A stretch of 64,000 nt of DNA, from NCBI GenBank assembly GCA_965208125.1, contig OZ242320.1, positions 256,001 through 320,000 on the forward strand, written 5' to 3'. Below the pieces are notes generated by a model. It was not told the origin of the DNA. It saw only the letters and a program-made list of their open reading frames with translations, and searched no databases. Below are positions 28,962-39,056 of the stretch, in pieces; position 1 is the stretch's first letter, and each line of letters starts with the position of its first letter. This stretch comes from Candidatus Latescibacterota bacterium (GTDB lineage Bacteria; Latescibacterota; UBA2968). A program made the position numbers and the translations under genes.

Positions 28962-30662
28962 ATGTCGAGATGTATTCGCAGTATAGTCGCCGTCTCACTC
29001 GCCGCAGGCGTGCTGTTGAGCTGTGGTAGCGAGCGCGTGACCCAGTCGCAGGTAGCAAACGAACAGGTCGGACAGCCATTGACTAAATTGGCCGCAGCCG
29101 GGCACATGGCTCAGGCTGTAGTAATGGCTACGTTGCGACAGGATGACGCGCCCGTAAGCGGTGTCACAGTCGAACTTTCGCGCTCTATTGCGGGACAGGC
29201 CCCGGATTACGCATGGTCTGGGATCACCGATGACAATGGTCGGGCACGAGTGGAGATTATGTCGCACAGCGTGACGGGTTATTACCAGGCACGCGCCATG
29301 AAGGATGGAAACACAATCGGTTCCTGGTCGAGCATACCAATTAACGGAGGCTATAAAGTAATGCTCGACTTACCCGTTGGTGGAAAATCACAAGTGATGG
29401 GTTCATCAGCAATAGACGCACCGGCACCACCAACCCAATTTACCGTGCGTATTGAGAATATTTCCCCCCCCGTATTTGCTTATATAGCGAGTGGGACTTT
29501 TGCCGTGCCGTCGGGCGCAGACAGCCCCGGTCCACTCCCGCCGGGCCAGTCTTATGGGTTTTCGTTTGAAGCACCGCCGGGAGCCCAATTGTCCTTTGCC
29601 ACGATGTTTGTGCAATCCAACGACCTGTTCTATGCCCCCGATGAAGACGGCATCGCGCTTTGGGATGATGCGGGCAATCGCATCTCGGGCGATGTGACGG
29701 ATCAGGTGATGTTGTGGGATTCGGGCACAGAAGTGAATCAACCCATCGGCACGGGGGCAGATCAGGCACCGCGTCAAAGTGGTGCAAACACAGGCGCGGC
29801 TGATGAAGATAATACCGTGCGCATCGCCCTGGGCGACGACATTCCCGCGGTTGACAGCGTCATTCGCGTAACAATCACGCCGTCAGAAGATTCTGCTACT
29901 GGTTTTGACGTGCAGATTGAGAATGTGTGGAGCGGAGAGCCGCCACAACTCCTGGCCCCGGGTGTATTTGTTGTACATATAGGTTCTGCATTTCTGTTTT
30001 CATCGGGTTTCCCCGATACGGGCGAGGGCCTCGAAGCACTCGCAGAAGACGGCGACCCCAGTGGGCTGGCAGAGACTGTGAGGGCAAACACAGGTGTGGT
30101 TGGGATACTCGCACCGGGCGTATTTGCCTTACATCAGGAGGCTGGCGCATTGTTCACATCGGGTTCACCTGATCGGGGCGAGGGCCTCGAAGCACTCGCA
30201 GAAGATGGAAACCCCAGTGGGCTGGCTGGCGCACTGGCAGAAAATAATCGCGTATCAGCCAGCGGCGTATTTGCCGTACCCGAAGGTGGAGATGAGCCCG
30301 GGCCTTTGCTCCCTGGCGGTGCGTATGTCTTTAGCTTCAGCGCATCAGCGGGTGACCGCCTGTCCTTTGCCACGATGTTTGTCCATTCCAACGACCTGTT
30401 CTATGCCCCCGACGAGGAAGGCACTCCTCTCTTTGGAGAGGACGGATCGGCAATGATGGGCGATATCACATCAATGATCCAGTTGTGGTATGCCGGCACA
30501 GAGATCAACCAACCCCTCGGTGTTGGCCTCGACCAGGCACCGCGTCAGTCTGGTCCCAACACGGGCGCACCAGACCCGGACAACACCGTGCGCCTTGCCA
30601 CGGGTGACCACATCCCCGCGGTTGACAGCATAATCCGCGTGACGATCACGCCGGGCAATTAA
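28962..30662 (+). CDS. Lipoprotein with duplicated spondin_N-like domains
   Basis: Lipobox LLSC; LSFATMFVxSNDLFYAP, LW(D/Y)(S/A)GTE(V/I)NQ and GLEALAEDG each occur twice. Confidence 0.85.
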   Translation: MSRCIRSIVAVSLAAGVLLSCGSERVTQSQVANEQVGQPLTKLAAAGHMAQAVVMATLRQDDAPVSGVTVELSRSIAGQAPDYAWSGITDDNGRARVEIMSHSVTGYYQARAMKDGNTIGSWSSIPINGGYKVMLDLPVGGKSQVMGSSAIDAPAPPTQFTVRIENISPPVFAYIASGTFAVPSGADSPGPLPPGQSYGFSFEAPPGAQLSFATMFVQSNDLFYAPDEDGIALWDDAGNRISGDVTDQVMLWDSGTEVNQPIGTGADQAPRQSGANTGAADEDNTVRIALGDDIPAVDSVIRVTITPSEDSATGFDVQIENVWSGEPPQLLAPGVFVVHIGSAFLFSSGFPDTGEGLEALAEDGDPSGLAETVRANTGVVGILAPGVFALHQEAGALFTSGSPDRGEGLEALAEDGNPSGLAGALAENNRVSASGVFAVPEGGDEPGPLLPGGAYVFSFSASAGDRLSFATMFVHSNDLFYAPDEEGTPLFGEDGSAMMGDITSMIQLWYAGTEINQPLGVGLDQAPRQSGPNTGAPDPDNTVRLATGDHIPAVDSIIRVTITPGN

Positions 30663-30686
30663 CCGGGATCATGCAGCAACCATATC

Positions 30687-30717
30687 AAAGGGCGAGTCTT
30701 CTGGCTCGCCCTTTTTT
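30687..30717. terminator. Bidirectional terminator between convergent genes
   Basis: AAAGGGCGAG-N8-CTCGCCCTTTTTT. Confidence 0.8.
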
Positions 30718-30723
30718 CATGTA

Positions 30724-31485
30724 TCAGATATGCATACGCAACATGGGACGGCTGAATGAGACGGGCATGTACTCCCCAGTTTTGTGGCGTTTTGTACCGG
30801 GAATCATAAAATGGATGGCAAAAGCCCGACGCTGGCGGTCTGTGTGATTGGGCGGTGTGTAGTGCAGGGTTTGGCAATGGTGAAACATCACACCACCGGC
30901 GGGCAACTCGATAATTTCGGCTCTGGATATCTCCACCTGATCTTCTATATCAAACAACGCATCGGTTTGAGATGAACGCTCATGAGTAAATGGCCGCAGA
31001 TGAGAGCCGGGAATAACGTGCATAGCCCCGTTTTCGACATCGGCATCGTCCAGAGTGAGCCAGCATGAGACGAGATTCGCTGGCATACATTGCCAGTACC
31101 CATTGTCTTGATGCCAGAAAACCGCATCTCCATTATGTGCGGGTTTGAAAAGCGCCTGATCGTGGAAAAGTTGAATATTGGGACCGATGAGCGACTCGGC
31201 AACATCGAGTATGGGATCGTAGTAGATCAGTTCCCGATAGTGCAGATTGCGCTCACACATTTGCATAATTTGCAACATTTGTGTGGGCGCCTCGTTTTTT
31301 TCACTGAGATCGTCGGTATTGCTAATGGCGAGATTGCGAAAGCGATTATTCTTGCGCGCGGCTTCAAATTCGCGGTCGTATTCCCGGCGCAATATCTCAA
31401 TATGTTCATCTTCGAGAAGTTTGCCAATCGAGATATAGCCATTCTGAAAAAAAAATTCGACTTGCTCCGGAGTTAATGCAGACAT
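30724..31485 (-). CDS. Phytanoyl-CoA dioxygenase (PhyH)-family Fe(II)/2OG enzyme
   Basis: FKPA, WHQDNGYW (HxD), LHYTPPN..RRA. Confidence 0.9.
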   Translation of the reverse strand: MSALTPEQVEFFFQNGYISIGKLLEDEHIEILRREYDREFEAARKNNRFRNLAISNTDDLSEKNEAPTQMLQIMQMCERNLHYRELIYYDPILDVAESLIGPNIQLFHDQALFKPAHNGDAVFWHQDNGYWQCMPANLVSCWLTLDDADVENGAMHVIPGSHLRPFTHERSSQTDALFDIEDQVEISRAEIIELPAGGVMFHHCQTLHYTPPNHTDRQRRAFAIHFMIPGTKRHKTGEYMPVSFSRPMLRMHI

Positions 31486-31500
31486 TGTGTGCTCCTGTAA

Positions 31501-32523
31501 TTAACTCAACAATTCCTCTGTATAAGCAAACAGCGCAGGCGTCCCTCCCGTATGCACCATCACCACCGTCTCATCTTTGCCAATCTCCCCGCGGTTTACC
31601 ATATCGATCAAACCCGCCAGTGTCTTGCCCGTATAAATCGGCTCCAATAAAATCCCCTCTGTTCGCGCCAATAGCCGTATCGCGTCATTGCCCTCGGGTG
31701 AACAATATCCATATCCCTGCTCGCCGACGTACCGATCCACATTTTCAATCACAGATTCATCAAACGCGACATCCACATCCAGAATCTCCGCCATTTTTCT
31801 CAATACACCCAGAAATGCGTCTTTGAGATCATAAGACCACAAAATGGGCCTCACGCCCACAATCCGCACATCCAGACCCAGAACGGTCTTCCCAAAAATC
31901 AAACCCGGCTGTGTACAACTGCCCGAACACACAACAACAGTTGTAGGCGTTTCACCTATCGCATCGAACTGATCCATCATCTCGACCATACACAGCGCGT
32001 AACCCATTGCGCCAAACGGACGATTGGCCGGTTGCATCACCACAAAGGGTTTGCGCCCTTCGCGCTCAAATTTTTCGATCAGTGCCTGCTTGGCATCGTC
32101 CAACAACTCCTGCGTTTCAACATCGATCAGATCGACATAAGCACCCAATAAATTATCCAATAGCAAATTGCCCTGCGTACTGCCGCTCTTGTGATCCTTC
32201 ACCAGAACCAGCGCACAATCCACCCCCAACTTTGCCGCTGCCGCCGCCAACTGCCGGCTGTGATTGGACTGAGACCCCGCCCCACCGATAAGCACATCCG
32301 CACCGCGAACCAGACCCTGCGCGATCGTAAACTCCAACTGCCGCGTCTTATTGCCACCAAATGCCAGACCCGTACAATCATCGCGTTTAATATAAATCTT
32401 TGGACCGCCAACCGCTTCAGTCAACCGCTCGCAAAACTCAAGCGGCGTGGGCAAATGCCCCAGCGACACACGCGGCACCTTGCCAATGCGTGCTCTCAGT
32501 TCGTCACGGGAAATAACAGCCAT
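31501..32523 (-). CDS. D-cysteine desulfhydrase / cysteate sulfo-lyase family PLP enzyme
   Basis: KRDDCTGLAFGGNKTRQLEF, QSNH, LEPIYTGK, HTGG. Confidence 0.88.
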   Translation of the reverse strand: MAVISRDELRARIGKVPRVSLGHLPTPLEFCERLTEAVGGPKIYIKRDDCTGLAFGGNKTRQLEFTIAQGLVRGADVLIGGAGSQSNHSRQLAAAAAKLGVDCALVLVKDHKSGSTQGNLLLDNLLGAYVDLIDVETQELLDDAKQALIEKFEREGRKPFVVMQPANRPFGAMGYALCMVEMMDQFDAIGETPTTVVVCSGSCTQPGLIFGKTVLGLDVRIVGVRPILWSYDLKDAFLGVLRKMAEILDVDVAFDESVIENVDRYVGEQGYGYCSPEGNDAIRLLARTEGILLEPIYTGKTLAGLIDMVNRGEIGKDETVVMVHTGGTPALFAYTEELLS

Positions 32524-32622
32524 TGTCTAAACCTCCTCAGTCAGAATCAGGATGTGCAGGATGGAAGGATGAACAGGATAAAATCAAATACAACCGCCGA
32601 TAAACACAGATGGAAAATCAAG

Positions 32623-32651
32623 TGTAGGGGCGGTGCCCCTGTGCCCGCCCG
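32623..32651 (+). repeat. GTAG-type REP-like palindrome
   Basis: TGTAGGGGCGGTGCCCCTGTGCCCGCCCG; same family as the copies at 62876 and 63636. Confidence 0.65.
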
Positions 32652-32816
32652 TCATGTGTATATCAGCACAAATGCAAACGCATGGAAAGGAATATACACG
32701 CATGAAGCAAGCGAAAATGCCATTGACATTTCTCAAGATAGCGAATTATTTGTTAAGGGCAGTGCATACGGGGTTTACATCACAAAAACCATCAATACAA
32801 AGCCATGAGGCTCCCC

Positions 32817-33794
32817 ATGAAAATACTCATCACCGGCATCACAGGGCGCATCGGCGGCAACCTGGCGGCGCAGCTCGTTGAACAGGGGCATCAGGTACGC
32901 GGGCTTGTATGGCCCAAAGATCCGCGCATAGAAAAATTTGAGGGCATCGACCTCGAACTCATCGAAGGCAGCCTCACCGAATACGAAGACGTGGAAAAAG
33001 TCACTGACGGCGTCGATATAATCTATCACCTCGGCGCGGCCTTTCAGGGGGGCGGACCATTTAAGGACAACGACTACTTTGAAATCAACCTGCGCGGCAC
33101 CTTCCACATGCTCAAAGCCGCAACCCAACAGGACAACCTCAAACAATTCATCTTTGCGAGCACAGACGCGCTCTACGCCAAATATCCCCCTGAAGGAATG
33201 GACAAACCCATCCGGGAAGACGAAATGCCCAGAGAACCGCGCGGTTGGTACGCCCTATCCAAATCCGTCGGTGAAGAAATGTGCTACGGATACTGGCGCG
33301 CCCACCAACTCCCCATCACCATCTTGCGCTTTTGCCTGGTCGTCGGAGCGGGCGAAATCCTCGACTTCCGCCAATTTTACCTGAGCAAACTCAAAGGACT
33401 TCCCGAACTCAAAGCACTGTGGCGCGGCGAAGAACGCCTCCTCCTCCTCAAAGACATGAAAGGCCGCTCCTACAAAAAACACATCGCCGACGTGCGCGAC
33501 ATCACGCACGGCTGTATCTGTGCCTTAAACAAAACACAAGCCGCCGGACACGCCATTCAACTCGGGGGACCGCGTCCATTCACATGGGCCGAAGCCATCC
33601 CGTATTTATCCCAACGCCTGAACATCCCCTATCAGGAAGCCATTTTACATGGCGCGCCCACACATTACGAATACGACCTGACCAAAGCGCGCGACCTGAT
33701 CGGCTTTAACCCGCAATACGACATCATCCGCATGATCGAAGACGCCATTGCCTATCGAGAGGGAAAAACCATCAACGTCTTGCCCACGGAATAG
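32817..33794 (+). CDS. NAD-dependent epimerase/dehydratase (extended SDR)
   Basis: MKILITGITGRIG, IYHLGA, YALSK (YxxxK). Confidence 0.9.
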   Translation: MKILITGITGRIGGNLAAQLVEQGHQVRGLVWPKDPRIEKFEGIDLELIEGSLTEYEDVEKVTDGVDIIYHLGAAFQGGGPFKDNDYFEINLRGTFHMLKAATQQDNLKQFIFASTDALYAKYPPEGMDKPIREDEMPREPRGWYALSKSVGEEMCYGYWRAHQLPITILRFCLVVGAGEILDFRQFYLSKLKGLPELKALWRGEERLLLLKDMKGRSYKKHIADVRDITHGCICALNKTQAAGHAIQLGGPRPFTWAEAIPYLSQRLNIPYQEAILHGAPTHYEYDLTKARDLIGFNPQYDIIRMIEDAIAYREGKTINVLPTE

Positions 33795-33818
33795 GATCAG
33801 GATGGCAGAAGGAAACAC

Positions 33819-35324
33819 ATGGCTCAACCCAACATACTCATGATCATCTCAGACCAGATGACGCCATTTCTCACGGGCGCTTATGGCCATCCCGTCGTCC
33901 AAACACCTGCACTAAACGCGCTGGCAAAAAACGGCATTCGCTTTGATGCGGCCTATACCCCCTTCCCGCTCTGTTCACCTGCACGCGCCTGCTTCATGAC
34001 GGGAAACAACGCCGCAAAAATTGGCGCGTATGACAACGGTGCTGAACTCAGCTCGGACATCCCCACATTTGCCCACCACCTCACCCGCGCCGGATATGAC
34101 ACCGTCCTATCTGGCAAAATGCACTTCATAGGTGCGGATCAACTCCACGGCTTCAGACGCCGCCTCACCACAGACATCTACCCGGAAGATTTCCGGTGGG
34201 TCAAACCCGAATGGATACACATCAAAGAAACCAGAGGAGAAAATTATCAGGCCGTCATGGAACAGCGGGGCAGGTATAACGCCGCAAATTACGACGGACA
34301 CAAGCTCCAAATCGACACCTGGCACGGACCTCTCAGCTACGACGAAGAAACGCACTTTCGATCACTGGAATACCTCCACGCCGTCGGCGCACAAAAAAAT
34401 CCCAAACCCTTCCTCCTGTGCGCCTCTTACCACCATCCCCACGAACCCTTTTGGCCGCCCCAATCCTATTGGGACATGTACGAAAATGCAGACATCGAAA
34501 TCCCTGCCTTGCCAGACAACCTGGACGACACATACTCCATGATGGACAACTGGCTCAACGCCTATCACGGCACGCGCAAACACGACCTGCGCGACCCGGA
34601 CGCACTCTACAAACTCCGCCGAGCCTATTACGGACTCGTCACATACATGGACGACAAAGTCGGAGAACTCCTCGCCTCACTCAAAGAAAATGGCCTGGAC
34701 GACAACACCATTGTAATCTTCTTTTCCGATCACGGCGACATGCTCTGCGAAAAAGAAATGGTTCAGAAACGAACCTTCTACGACTGGTCCAGCCGCGTAC
34801 CCTTCTTTATCCGCTTTCCAGACCATTACAAAGCCGGCAGCACAATCGACCAGCCCGTCTCGCTCATTGACCTGTTGCCCACCTTATGCGACATGGCGGG
34901 TGCAGAAGACCACTACCCCTGCGATGGCATCAGTCTGATGCCCCTCATTGAAGGCGCGGAAACAGAAAACCGAGAAATTTTTGTTGAAGCCCACGAAGCA
35001 GTCGGCACTCCCTGCGTCATGATTCGCAAAAACAATTATAAATACAACCACATCCACGGACACGAACCACAGCTTTTTGACCTCGACGCTGACCCGGGCG
35101 AATGGAATAATCTCAGCGGTCAGCCAGACCATGCAAAAATCGAAACCTATCTTCGCACGCGCATCCTCGACAACTATGACCTCGACGCCATAGCCGAAGC
35201 CAATTTAGACAGCCTGTATCGCAGACAACTCATCCACGAGGCAATGCAAGCCAACGGCACATCCTGGGCGTACAATCCGAGCTTTGACCCGACCAAAAAC
35301 GCACAGGCACAGTATCTTCCATAA
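33819..35324 (+). CDS. Sulfatase (choline-sulfatase-like, Cys-type)
   Basis: PNILMIISDQ, CSPAR, LSGKMHF, HPHEP, SDHGDML. Confidence 0.92.
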   Translation: MAQPNILMIISDQMTPFLTGAYGHPVVQTPALNALAKNGIRFDAAYTPFPLCSPARACFMTGNNAAKIGAYDNGAELSSDIPTFAHHLTRAGYDTVLSGKMHFIGADQLHGFRRRLTTDIYPEDFRWVKPEWIHIKETRGENYQAVMEQRGRYNAANYDGHKLQIDTWHGPLSYDEETHFRSLEYLHAVGAQKNPKPFLLCASYHHPHEPFWPPQSYWDMYENADIEIPALPDNLDDTYSMMDNWLNAYHGTRKHDLRDPDALYKLRRAYYGLVTYMDDKVGELLASLKENGLDDNTIVIFFSDHGDMLCEKEMVQKRTFYDWSSRVPFFIRFPDHYKAGSTIDQPVSLIDLLPTLCDMAGAEDHYPCDGISLMPLIEGAETENREIFVEAHEAVGTPCVMIRKNNYKYNHIHGHEPQLFDLDADPGEWNNLSGQPDHAKIETYLRTRILDNYDLDAIAEANLDSLYRRQLIHEAMQANGTSWAYNPSFDPTKNAQAQYLP

Positions 35325-35340
35325 CGAACAGGAGCTACCA

Positions 35341-36255
35341 ATGTCCAACAACACACCATTCATCGTCGATAAAAACCTCGGCGTCAACATGACCGTCGAA
35401 CCAGAAGACCTCACGCAAACCAACGCCGATGGAGAAGCCGTCATCGCGCCGACACAAGAGGAAAAATACCTCTTTGATGCGCGCGGTTGGTTGCTCTTCC
35501 CCGGCGTCCTATCCGATGACGACATACGCGACATGCGCGAATTTGCACTACAGGTCAAACACGACCCGCAATCGCTGCCCGAACACGAACAGTCCTACCT
35601 GGCTGGTCCCTTGCAAAAACTCGCCGACCACCCCATAGTCGTCGGCTTTATGAACGAATTTGTCGCACATCCCCATCTCGCCAGCCCCGATGGCTATGGC
35701 TTTCGCATGGAGGCATCCGGTATCCGATTCCGCTCGACGCGCACCGGCGAAGTCGGAGGCTTTCGACCGCACAATGGCAACGGCCTGTTTCGCTTTGCAA
35801 TCGACTCGCACCATTATCAGTGCATCCCCGGCAAAGCGTATAGCGGTCTAACCCGCGTAGTCTGGGAACTTGCCCCCGTACAAAAAGGCAAAGGCGGAAC
35901 ACTGGTGGTCAGCGGCAGCCACAAAGCAGTTTATGCCGCGCCAGAATCCATCCACGACCCAAACTCGCCCATCTGGGACACCTACGAATGCCCGGCTGGC
36001 TCACTGCTCTTCTTCACCGAAGCCATCACCCACAGCGCCACGCCCTGGACAGATGAAACAACCGACCGCGTTGCCATCTTCAACCTCTACAACACCATCG
36101 GCGCCAAATGGAGCAACTGGCATCCACACCCGGACCTGCTCGCCTCCATGCCACCCAAACGCCAGAGCCTGTTTCGAGACGTGCGCTGCGCAGCCAATCG
36201 CATTGGCGGCAACGGACGCTATCACGGCGGAAATCTCAAGGACATAAAGACGTGA
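35341..36255 (+). CDS. PhyH-like Fe(II)/2OG enzyme with HxG in place of HxD
   Basis: YLFDARGWLLFPGVL, PHNG, GGTLVVSGSHK, FTEAITH..R. Confidence 0.8.
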   Translation: MSNNTPFIVDKNLGVNMTVEPEDLTQTNADGEAVIAPTQEEKYLFDARGWLLFPGVLSDDDIRDMREFALQVKHDPQSLPEHEQSYLAGPLQKLADHPIVVGFMNEFVAHPHLASPDGYGFRMEASGIRFRSTRTGEVGGFRPHNGNGLFRFAIDSHHYQCIPGKAYSGLTRVVWELAPVQKGKGGTLVVSGSHKAVYAAPESIHDPNSPIWDTYECPAGSLLFFTEAITHSATPWTDETTDRVAIFNLYNTIGAKWSNWHPHPDLLASMPPKRQSLFRDVRCAANRIGGNGRYHGGNLKDIKT

Positions 36256-36343
36256 GACGTAAAACGTAAAACGCGAGACAAAGCAACCAGCCTTTGGGTG
36301 GTGATGGGTGGATTTCTCACTTCTCACCTCTTACTTCTTACTT
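36248..36343. repeat. Intergenic element with 7-bp repeat arms (related to 42783-42898)
   Basis: A(G/A)ACGT(G/A) x4, core AAGCAACCAGC..GGTGG, (T/C)TCT(C/T)AC x4. Confidence 0.7.
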
Positions 36344-36359
36344 TCTTTCGGAGTTTTAT

Positions 36360-37676
36360 ATGCCAAACCTATCTAATCGCCCCAACATCCTCTTCTTCTT
36401 CCCCGACCAACTTCGCTTTGATTGGATCGGCAGCAATCCCGACATAGCGGTACGCACGCCCAATCTGGATCGCCTGCAAAAAAACGGGGCGACATTCTCC
36501 AAAGCCGTCTGCCCCGCACCCGTATGCGCGCCCAGTCGCGCCTGTGTTGCAGCCGGCACAGAATACGACAACTGTCCCGTCAAAGGAAACAGCGACGACT
36601 ATCCCACAGACCGCGCCACTGTTTACAGCATGCTCCGCGACAGCGGGTACCACACACTGGGGTGTGGCAAATTCGACCTCAACAAAGGCACCTGCACATC
36701 CAACCTGCCGGCCTGGGGACTGGATGGCAAACACCATTTGAACGAATGGGGATTCTCGGATGGCATCAACAACGAAGGCAAAATAGACGGCGCCAACAGC
36801 GGGCGCGAAAAACCGCAAGGACCCTATTTGCAATACCTCGAAGAGCGCGGCCTGCGCCAGATACACCTCAACGACTTTGCCAACCGCAAAGGCCAGAGAA
36901 GCACCTTTCCCACGCCACTGCCCGATGACGCCTATTGCGACAACTGGATCGGGCAAAATGGCCGGGACCTCATCCAATCAGTTCCCGAGGGCAAACCCTG
37001 GTTCATACAGGTCAATTTCAACGGGCCTCACCTGCCCCTGGACATCACGGAAAGCATGGCAAAACTCTACGAAAACGTCGATTTTCCGCAGCCGAATCGC
37101 AACGACCAGCTCACGCCTGATGAACTCCTCAGAGCCAGGCGAAATTACTCCGCCATGGTCGAAAACATTGACCATCAGGTCGGCCTCTACTTAGACCTGC
37201 TCGAAGAACGGGGCGAATTGGACAATACCCTCATCGTCTTTTCCTCGGATCACGGTGAAATGCTCGGCGACCACAATTCCTGGGGCAAGGGCAAACCCCT
37301 GCACCCCTCGGCCAGCGTGCCCCTTGTCATCTCGGGACCCGGTGTACAACAGGACATAACCCATGACCTGCCCACAACCAACCTGGACCTCACCGCCACC
37401 TTCCTCGACTATGCAGGCCTGGACATCCCCGACGACATGGACAGCCGATCCTTCCGCAACCTCCTCGAAGGCAATACCAGCACGCATCGGGACATCGTCC
37501 TATCCGGCCTGGGCAACTGGCGCATGGCTTATGATGGCCGCTACAAATACATCGAAGGATTTGGCGACACACCCATGCTCTTTGACCTCGACACCGATCC
37601 CCTCGAAAACAACAACATCATCGACGACTCCGACGTCTCATCGCATATTGCCCGGTTGAAAGCAGAGTTGATATAA
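36360..37676 (+). CDS. Sulfatase (Cys-type)
   Basis: PNILFFFPDQ, CAPSR, GPHLP, SDHGEMLGDH. Confidence 0.92.
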   Translation: MPNLSNRPNILFFFPDQLRFDWIGSNPDIAVRTPNLDRLQKNGATFSKAVCPAPVCAPSRACVAAGTEYDNCPVKGNSDDYPTDRATVYSMLRDSGYHTLGCGKFDLNKGTCTSNLPAWGLDGKHHLNEWGFSDGINNEGKIDGANSGREKPQGPYLQYLEERGLRQIHLNDFANRKGQRSTFPTPLPDDAYCDNWIGQNGRDLIQSVPEGKPWFIQVNFNGPHLPLDITESMAKLYENVDFPQPNRNDQLTPDELLRARRNYSAMVENIDHQVGLYLDLLEERGELDNTLIVFSSDHGEMLGDHNSWGKGKPLHPSASVPLVISGPGVQQDITHDLPTTNLDLTATFLDYAGLDIPDDMDSRSFRNLLEGNTSTHRDIVLSGLGNWRMAYDGRYKYIEGFGDTPMLFDLDTDPLENNNIIDDSDVSSHIARLKAELI

Positions 37677-39016
37677 TGAACAACCATCGTCCCAACATCC
37701 TCTTCTTCTGTTCTGACCAGCACCAGACCGCTGCATCGGGGTGTTATGGTCACGCAGAAGCACAAACCCCAAATATCGACCGCATCGCCGCATCTGGCAT
37801 CCGCTTTAACAGAGCCTACTGCCAGTCTCCCGTCTGTGTACCCGCACGCGGATCAATCATCACCGCACAATACCCCCACACCCACGGCGCGCGCATTTTA
37901 CAAGACGCACTATCCCCCGACACGCGCACCATTGCCCATCACTTTGCCGAACACGGCTATCAAACCGGGGCAATAGGCAAAATGCACTTTGTGGATGAAA
38001 CGCAAAAACACGGATTTGACTACCGCCTGGAAATGGGAGACTTCAGAAAAACACTCACAGATGAAGAATGGCGGGAACTGCGTCGAGACCAGGGCGGTGG
38101 AGGTGGCACATCGGGACGACCATCCAAATTATCAGCGCGGTATTTTCAAGACACGTATTACGCCGACGAAACCGTGCGGTATTTGCGCGAAAAAAGGGAC
38201 CCCGATAAACCCTTTATCCTCTGGTCATCCTACTTCATGCCGCACACGCCCCTCGTCCCCATGCAACAATACTTCGACCTCTACAATCCCGAAACCCTCA
38301 CCCTGCCCCAACGCAGCGACAACGCGCTGGAAACCGGCTTTGAAGGCCACCTCATGCGCGCAAAACAGCGGGGATGGTACGCACAAACAGACGAAGAACT
38401 CGGCCGCGCACTCGCAGGATACTACGGCAACATCAGCCAGATGGATGCGTGCATCGGCAAAGTACTCGACACACTCTACGACCTCAGCCTCGATCAGAAC
38501 ACCATCATCGTCTATACCTCTGATCACGGAGAAATGGCCGGCGCACATCGCATGTGGACCAAACACAACATGTATGAACAATCGGTCTGCGTGCCGCTCA
38601 TCATCCGCCTGCCAGGAGACACCCACGCCAACACCTCGCACAGCCACCTCGTCGAACATGTGGATATCTACCCCACACTCGCCGAATTGTGCAACCTGCC
38701 CATTCCCCAAAATATCCACGGGCGTAGCTTTGCCCCCTTATTTGACAACCGAACCTACCAGCCGCGCGAATACGTTTACTCCGAATACGATTTTTGTCAC
38801 GGCGTCTTCACCCGAGACAATCGGTATGTGGGCAAACCGCCAATCCTCATGATTCGCACGGACCGCTGGAAACTCAATTATCTGAGCTGGGCACGCTCTG
38901 AACTCTTTGATCTGGAGAACGACCCGAATGAATTTCGCAACGTCATTGACGACCCCGCAAATGTTAGTATCGCGCGCGAACTCACCGACATTGCGAAACG
39001 GATGTATGAAAACTGA
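37676..39016 (+). CDS. Sulfatase (Cys-type)
   Basis: PNILFFCSDQ, CVPAR, IGKMHF, MPHTP, SDHGEM. Confidence 0.92.
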   Translation: MNNHRPNILFFCSDQHQTAASGCYGHAEAQTPNIDRIAASGIRFNRAYCQSPVCVPARGSIITAQYPHTHGARILQDALSPDTRTIAHHFAEHGYQTGAIGKMHFVDETQKHGFDYRLEMGDFRKTLTDEEWRELRRDQGGGGGTSGRPSKLSARYFQDTYYADETVRYLREKRDPDKPFILWSSYFMPHTPLVPMQQYFDLYNPETLTLPQRSDNALETGFEGHLMRAKQRGWYAQTDEELGRALAGYYGNISQMDACIGKVLDTLYDLSLDQNTIIVYTSDHGEMAGAHRMWTKHNMYEQSVCVPLIIRLPGDTHANTSHSHLVEHVDIYPTLAELCNLPIPQNIHGRSFAPLFDNRTYQPREYVYSEYDFCHGVFTRDNRYVGKPPILMIRTDRWKLNYLSWARSELFDLENDPNEFRNVIDDPANVSIARELTDIAKRMYEN

Positions 39017-39056
39017 CCGCACCGGAATAACCAACCAATGCTATAAGGAGCACATC

